Below are positions 59,296-64,000 of a stretch of DNA of 64,000 nt, piece after piece. The translations under genes and the position numbers were made by a program. Origin of the DNA: Gammaproteobacteria bacterium (GTDB taxonomy: Bacteria; Pseudomonadota; Gammaproteobacteria; Steroidobacterales; Steroidobacteraceae); assembly GCA_004297335.1 (NCBI GenBank), contig SCUD01000069.1, positions 39,611 through 103,610 of the forward strand. Reading direction: 5' to 3'. Numbering within the stretch: position 1 is the first letter of the stretch; every line of letters begins with the position of its first letter. The notes beneath the pieces are model-generated. The model was not told the origin of the DNA. It searched no databases and worked only from the letters and a program-made list of their open reading frames with translations.

Positions 59296-61995
59296 TCAGA
59301 ATGACTTGCGCACGCTGATCATGAATGAGCGCCCGATCGGACTCGCGGCGGCGGCATCGTAACCGCCGCTGCCGTTGCCGCTCGGCGCGATGTTGACATA
59401 CGGCGGGCCCTCGTCGAACAGGTCGCGGATCTCGGCATCCAGCGCCAAGCCGGACAACAGCGGCGAACCGGCACCAACCGGCTGCCAGGTGACACCGAGA
59501 TCGAGCGGCATATAGCTCGAGACCTGCTGGTTCGGCGTAATCGCGTTGTTGGTGTAGCCGCCGACATAGTTGGCGCGCAGCCGCACCCGCCACGGCTCGC
59601 GGCTCCAGGTCACGCCGGCGCGGGCCTTGAACTCATTTGGCTGGAAGATGGTATCGAGACGGTCGACCAGTGTGCCGGTCGGCGTTACCGAGACTTCGTA
59701 CTTGTTCAGCCAGGTACCACTCAGGCTGAAAGCGAACGTCCCTGCCCCGGCGGTGTGCAACCTCCAGAGGGCCTGGAAATCGACGCCCTGCATCAGCGAA
59801 CGGCCCAGATTGTTGTTGCGACCATCGACCGCCAGCGTGACGTTGTTCGGATCATTGCCCGGAAACGTTCCGCGCGCCAGCTGCACACCCTGTGACAGCA
59901 GGTACAGGACCCAGTCGCGGGCCTCGGTGCCACGCTTGATGATGCCGGTACCCTCGAATTCGCCCTCGCGCAGCAGGATCGCCAGGTCGGACAGGTAGGC
60001 CTCCACCTGGTCCTTGTACTCGATGTCGAACCAGGTCAGGCTGAGGTCGAGGTCCGGCAGCGGCGACCAGTCGACACCCAGCGTCCAGGTCGTGGCCTCC
60101 TCCGGCCCGAGGTTGAGGTTGACACCCGAATTGGCGACGCCCACCAGCGGTGCGCCGCCAGCCGGGTCTTGGTAGTTCTGCACGAACAGCGAGTTGCTGT
60201 TGCCGTAGATCTGCGAAATCAGCGGCGCGCGGAACGACGTGCCGTAGCTGCCGCGGAAGCTCAAGCCATCGGTTGGCGACCAGGTGATGCCGAACTTCGG
60301 GTTGCTCGTGTCGCCGACATCGCTGTAGTCGTCGTAGCGGACAGCTGCGGTCAGGTCGAGGCGCTGCAGTCCGGGCCGGGCATTGCCGGCGCCGAACAAC
60401 GGCACCAGGAGCTCAATGTAGGCGGAATCGACCTGCCGGGCAAAATCCCGGTACCGAATCGCGCTGCCCGGATTGCCGCGGCCGAGACCGAGCCCGACCG
60501 TCTGTTCCTGGCCCTCGTAGCCGGCCGCCAGCCGCACGGCACCACCGGGTAACTCGAGCACCGCACCATTGACCCGCAGCTCATAGCCGGTGAATCGGTT
60601 CAGGGTTGGCGCGAGGTAGATCTGGTCGCTGATCGCCGCGAGCGTCGCCGCCGAGGTGCGGCCGAGGCCGTACGGGTCGAAGGCCGTCGCCGGATCACCG
60701 CTGGCCAGCGCCGCCGCCAGCGCCGGGTTGTCGATTCCACGCCAGCTCGCCGAGTCGTCGTGGTTACGGCCATAGCCAAACAGCGCCTCGAGCTGCCAGT
60801 CGCGCGGCAACCGGACGCGGACGCCCGGCGTCAGCTGCCAGCTCCGGGCAAAGCCGGACTGCGTGTCAAGCGGCAGGTCGTCGGCGAAGCTGTAGTCGAT
60901 CTGGTACGAGCTCCCGACGAAGCCCGGCGGCGCGACGAAGAAGGCGTTGCTCGCCGGCACCGCCAGGGTCACGGCCACCGCCGCGGGATTGCGCACGAAT
61001 TCGCGCCGGCTGAAGAAACCGTCGGCGAACAGCTCGACGCTGTCGCTGATCGACTGCGTCAGCGTCAGGCTGACCGAGTCGTACTCCTGCTCCGGGAACA
61101 GGTCCTGGCCGGGTGCGACCTCGCACAGGTTGCTGGTCCCGGGCTGCAGGCTGGCGGCATTGGCCGCGGTCAGGCCACCGGCCGGGATCGCATAGCTGGT
61201 CGTACCGACGCGCAGCGTGCCCGGGTTGCAGCGGGTCATGCGGTAGTCGTTACCGCCAAAGGCCCGCTGGTCCGCGGTGAAGAAACTCCGGTCATCGCCG
61301 CTCAGGTTGGAGCGGTAGGCATGCTCGTAGGCGAGCATGAACTGCCCGCGCTCCCAGATCTTGCCGAAGGCCGCGCCGGCCTGGTATTCATCGAAGCCGC
61401 TGGCATCCGAGGCGCCGTAGCGGGCGAACACCTCAAGGCCATCGAGGCTGCGCCGCGGAATCAGGTTGACCACCCCGGCCACCGCATCCGAACCGTAGAT
61501 CGCCGAAGCGCCGTCGGCGACTACCTCGACCCGTTCCAGGCCCAGCGTCGGCAGCACCGACGGGTCGATCGAACGGCTGTTGCTGATGACGCGGTGGCCA
61601 TCGATCAGGACCAGCGTCGCATACGGACCGATGCCGCGCAGGTTGACACTATTGCCATAGACGATGTTGCCGGCGCCGCCTGGCTGCCCGCGCGAATTCT
61701 CGCTGACGCCGAGGTCGAAGACCTGCGGGATCTCCTTGATCAGGCGGTCGGTCGAGGCCGCGGTCGACAGGTCGATGTCCTGACGGCCTAGCGCGATCAT
61801 CGCCGAGCCGACCGGCGCCGAGCCGCGCACCCGCGTGCCTGTCACGATGATCTCGCTCAAGGCCGACCCGGCCCCTGGCGCATCAGTAGCCTGATCCTGG
61901 GCGAAGGCCGGACCAGCCGTCGCGACGACCAGCAGGCCGGTGCAGCCCAGCAGTTGCGGGCGCCGGCCCGTTCCCTTGATTTGGCGCAGTTTCAT
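59296..61995 (-). CDS. TonB-dependent outer-membrane receptor
   Basis: Signal peptide, plug-domain start (SEIIVTGTR), NLRGIGPYATLVLIDGHR, a long beta-barrel with alternating pattern and a C-terminal aromatic residue (RKSF). Confidence 0.9.
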   Translation of the reverse strand: MKLRQIKGTGRRPQLLGCTGLLVVATAGPAFAQDQATDAPGAGSALSEIIVTGTRVRGSAPVGSAMIALGRQDIDLSTAASTDRLIKEIPQVFDLGVSENSRGQPGGAGNIVYGNSVNLRGIGPYATLVLIDGHRVISNSRSIDPSVLPTLGLERVEVVADGASAIYGSDAVAGVVNLIPRRSLDGLEVFARYGASDASGFDEYQAGAAFGKIWERGQFMLAYEHAYRSNLSGDDRSFFTADQRAFGGNDYRMTRCNPGTLRVGTTSYAIPAGGLTAANAASLQPGTSNLCEVAPGQDLFPEQEYDSVSLTLTQSISDSVELFADGFFSRREFVRNPAAVAVTLAVPASNAFFVAPPGFVGSSYQIDYSFADDLPLDTQSGFARSWQLTPGVRVRLPRDWQLEALFGYGRNHDDSASWRGIDNPALAAALASGDPATAFDPYGLGRTSAATLAAISDQIYLAPTLNRFTGYELRVNGAVLELPGGAVRLAAGYEGQEQTVGLGLGRGNPGSAIRYRDFARQVDSAYIELLVPLFGAGNARPGLQRLDLTAAVRYDDYSDVGDTSNPKFGITWSPTDGLSFRGSYGTSFRAPLISQIYGNSNSLFVQNYQDPAGGAPLVGVANSGVNLNLGPEEATTWTLGVDWSPLPDLDLSLTWFDIEYKDQVEAYLSDLAILLREGEFEGTGIIKRGTEARDWVLYLLSQGVQLARGTFPGNDPNNVTLAVDGRNNNLGRSLMQGVDFQALWRLHTAGAGTFAFSLSGTWLNKYEVSVTPTGTLVDRLDTIFQPNEFKARAGVTWSREPWRVRLRANYVGGYTNNAITPNQQVSSYMPLDLGVTWQPVGAGSPLLSGLALDAEIRDLFDEGPPYVNIAPSGNGSGGYDAAAASPIGRSFMISVRKSF

Positions 61996-62027
61996 GATGA
62001 CCCCCGATGAACAGCCAGAGACTTCAG

Positions 62028-62075
62028 CAACAATATTGTTGACAAAGCATAAACCCGGAGGCTTTCAGTTGACAA
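62028..62075. promoter_or_regulatory. operator-like cluster upstream of the TonB receptor gene: 14-bp perfect palindrome CAACAATATTGTTG overlapping ATTGTTGACAAA, plus a second GTTGACAA 30 nt away
   Basis: Read directly. Palindrome at 62028-62041, motif at 62035-62046, second core at 62068-62075. All lie in the 90-nt gap between the receptor start and the CocE-gene stop. Confidence 0.4.
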
Positions 62076-62085
62076 GCTCAACAGT

Positions 62086-63831
62086 TCAGTTCCGCTCCGT
62101 ACGGCCCGGCAGCCACGGAATCTCGATCCGGGACGGCATCGCCGCACCGCTGCTGACGCTGAGACGCGGCGGCGGATCCTCGCGGAGCTCCTGCAGGTTA
62201 CGCTGGCGCGGATCGGCTCCGGTGATCGTGACCCGCAGCCGGTGTCCCGCGCGGAAGACCCGGGTGTTCGGCAGCATCGGGATCACGAGTTCGGCCGGCT
62301 CGCCGGGTTCCAGGGCGAGGACATCCGCTGCCAGTCCCGAGTGCCAGGGCAGGCCGAGCGTGTCGTACGGTGCGGCCGACAACCGCCGGTGCGAAGCCCG
62401 CAGGCGCCCATGAGAGATCACGGTCGCCGTTCCGTCGGGCGCCACGTCCTCCAGATAGGCGAAGACGTTTGCATCCCTGCGATCGGCCGCGAGCCACAGG
62501 TGCAGGATCGGGAAACCGAGCATCACTGCATCCGACCGGAGCTTGGGCCCCTCGTAGCGCAATCCTTTTCCGGCCAGAGGCTTCGGCCAGAAGGCGAAGT
62601 ACTCGGTCGCACCGACCTCGTAATCGACGGTGAAGTAGTCAACCCGTGGCTCCGGGATGTCCTCGCGCAGTGAGCCTGCCCCGGCCAGGTACAGCGGCGA
62701 ACGTGGCACACCGGCACCGGGCAGTCGATCCGAGCGCACCCAGCGATGACTGCCCCCGGGCGTGTCTTCCATCCAGTACGTGTACGGCGGCTCGTGATCG
62801 AAACCGTTGTCCACGCCTTTCAGATGGTGGTCGAAGAAGCGGCGTATCTCACCCGCCAAATCGAAGTCCGGCGGCGGCACGCAGTGACTACCGGGCCCGA
62901 TCAGCAGGCGCCCGCCGAGGTTGGCCGTAGCCAGGATCATCTGCTCGGTCGGCTCGTCCTCCCAGTTACCCCAGAAATAGGTCGCGATGCCGGAGCGGCG
63001 CAGTTCGTCGAGGTAGGTATAGGGTCCGACTTCCTCCCAGAAGCGACTGCCGGTCAGCGGCGAAACGCTGTCCCGGTAGGGCATGCCGTACCAGAGTGCG
63101 GCCATCGGGGTGTTGGCGGCATGCTCGGCCACCGCCGCACGCAGCAGGCTACCATCGGTGTCCGCATCCACCGGCAGGCTTTGCAGGTCATCGGACAGGG
63201 GCTCGTCGGGTCGCGTATTGAACTGGGCCGTGATGCCGCCACGTCGGACAAACTGGTACTTGTCGAGATCACTCGCGCCGGTGAAGATCGCCTTCAGTGC
63301 GGGTGGCGCCGTCGTCGCGACCTGCAGCGTCGCGCCACCGAGATAGGAGCAGCCGACCATGCCGACGTGCCCGCTCGACCATGTTTGCCCGGCGAGCCAT
63401 TGCACGAGGTCGTGGCCATCCCAAGCCTCGGTCCGGTCCTGGAAACCACGGCGCGCGCCGAATGAAGCTCCCTTGCCGCGGATATCGGCAACGGCGACCA
63501 CATAACCATGGTTGGTCAGTCCCTGCAGCCCGAGCCGGGGAGACAAGCCGGTTTCAACAATGACACCCTCCGCACTGCGGTAGCGTGCCCGGTAAGGCGT
63601 GAAGACGAACACAACCGGATGCGGATCGGCAACGGCCTGCCCGGCGACCGCTGGCCGGTAGAGATTGACCGCGAGCCGCGTCCCGTCCCGTACCGGGACA
63701 TAGAGTGACTGCCGCACGAGTTCGGAATACCGCGGCGCGCCGGGATTCTGGCTTCCTGCATCCATCTCCTGCGCTGCAAACGCCGGTACCTGCTGCCACA
63801 GGAGCACCAGGGCCGTGACCCACTTCAGCAT
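62086..63831 (-). CDS. CocE/NonD family hydrolase (S15 X-Pro dipeptidyl-peptidase-like esterase/amidase), secreted
   Basis: Signal peptide MLKWVTALVLLWQQVPAFAAQ. VPVRDGTRLAVNLYRP, DIRGKGASFG and GCSYLGG (nucleophile) are typical of the family. Confidence 0.85.
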   Translation of the reverse strand: MLKWVTALVLLWQQVPAFAAQEMDAGSQNPGAPRYSELVRQSLYVPVRDGTRLAVNLYRPAVAGQAVADPHPVVFVFTPYRARYRSAEGVIVETGLSPRLGLQGLTNHGYVVAVADIRGKGASFGARRGFQDRTEAWDGHDLVQWLAGQTWSSGHVGMVGCSYLGGATLQVATTAPPALKAIFTGASDLDKYQFVRRGGITAQFNTRPDEPLSDDLQSLPVDADTDGSLLRAAVAEHAANTPMAALWYGMPYRDSVSPLTGSRFWEEVGPYTYLDELRRSGIATYFWGNWEDEPTEQMILATANLGGRLLIGPGSHCVPPPDFDLAGEIRRFFDHHLKGVDNGFDHEPPYTYWMEDTPGGSHRWVRSDRLPGAGVPRSPLYLAGAGSLREDIPEPRVDYFTVDYEVGATEYFAFWPKPLAGKGLRYEGPKLRSDAVMLGFPILHLWLAADRRDANVFAYLEDVAPDGTATVISHGRLRASHRRLSAAPYDTLGLPWHSGLAADVLALEPGEPAELVIPMLPNTRVFRAGHRLRVTITGADPRQRNLQELREDPPPRLSVSSGAAMPSRIEIPWLPGRTERN

Positions 63832-63866
63832 CGTCGCGCTCCCACCGCCGGACCTGATCCAAGTTA

Positions 63867-63889
63867 ATTGTTGACAAAATCTCTGTCAA
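63867..63889. promoter_or_regulatory. ATTGTTGACAAA motif copy 3, forming inverted repeat TTGACA-N7-TGTCAA
   Basis: It lies 36-58 nt upstream of the CocE/NonD start (63831). Perfect 6-bp arms at 63871-63876 and 63884-63889. Confidence 0.4.
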
Positions 63890-64000
63890 TCCACGTGCCG
63901 CGGGCGCGCGGACCGGCCAGGAGACAGGAGCGGTGGTTTCCAGATATCCTTCAACTGTTTAGTGTTTCAACCATTGGCCACTGCCCCGCATGAAGCGCCG

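Noticed and set aside
63990-64000. ATG (atgaagcgccg) at the right edge as the start of a plus-strand gene
   Set aside because: Only 11 nt are visible and there is no clear RBS. It cannot be evaluated.
1-64000. Mobile elements, CRISPR arrays, defence systems, toxin-antitoxin pairs, RNA genes
   Set aside because: I found no transposase, integrase or recombinase-like translation. I saw no regularly spaced direct repeats, no tRNA or rRNA-like segments, and no nuclease, helicase or methylase-type defence genes. The window appears purely metabolic or regulatory.

Overview
This is a very GC-rich window (roughly two-thirds G+C by eye, not computed). It is gene-dense and bacterial, with about 60 protein-coding genes. 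I found no rRNA, tRNA, CRISPR array, transposase, integrase or phage gene. Nearly all genes are catabolic, and together they look like an anaerobic aromatic-compound degradation island. The gene orders bcrC-B-A-D and hcrC-A-B are those of Thauera, Magnetospirillum or Rhodopseudomonas-type proteobacteria; that taxonomic hint is inference only.

Blocks:
(1) 2-6311: crotonase, acyl-CoA dehydrogenase, TetR, crotonase, then SDR, a ketopantoate-reductase-like gene and an aromatic-acid MFS transporter.
(2) 6308-15256, minus strand: eight genes encoding a complete corrinoid methyl-transfer system (URO-D-like methyltransferase, pterin-binding methyltransferase, corrinoid protein, RACo-type ATPase activator, MetH-activation-domain protein) plus FolD, a fused MetV-MetF reductase and an amidohydrolase.
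(3) 15517-17224: cytochrome b561 and two YceI proteins.
(4) 17244-39623, minus strand: 21 tightly packed co-directional genes. These are a Dch-like hydratase, TetR, class I benzoyl-CoA reductase BcrCBAD, an AMP-ligase, a KPR-like reductase, a HAD-crotonase fusion, 4-hydroxybenzoyl-CoA-reductase-like HcrCAB, a solitary HgdB/BcrB-family protein with its own HgdC-type ATPase, an Alvin-type ferredoxin, a thioesterase and a five-subunit 2-oxoacid:ferredoxin oxidoreductase with an FAD subunit.
(5) 39839-44221: SDR, 3-hydroxyacyl-CoA dehydrogenase, sodium:solute symporter, two micro-ORFs and a BKACE enzyme.
(6) 44240-48014: IclR and cyclase, divergent from SDR and MFS.
(7) 47992-58507, minus strand: nine translationally coupled genes. 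These are CapA-like, TRAP DctQMP, two dehydratase-family subunits flanking a tandem CoA-transferase, a second CoA-transferase and an alpha/beta hydrolase. No activator ATPase is present.
(8) 58524-63831: GntR regulator, TonB-dependent receptor and a CocE/NonD hydrolase, linked by a shared ATTGTTGACA motif.

All functional calls come from reading the translations. No database search was possible.
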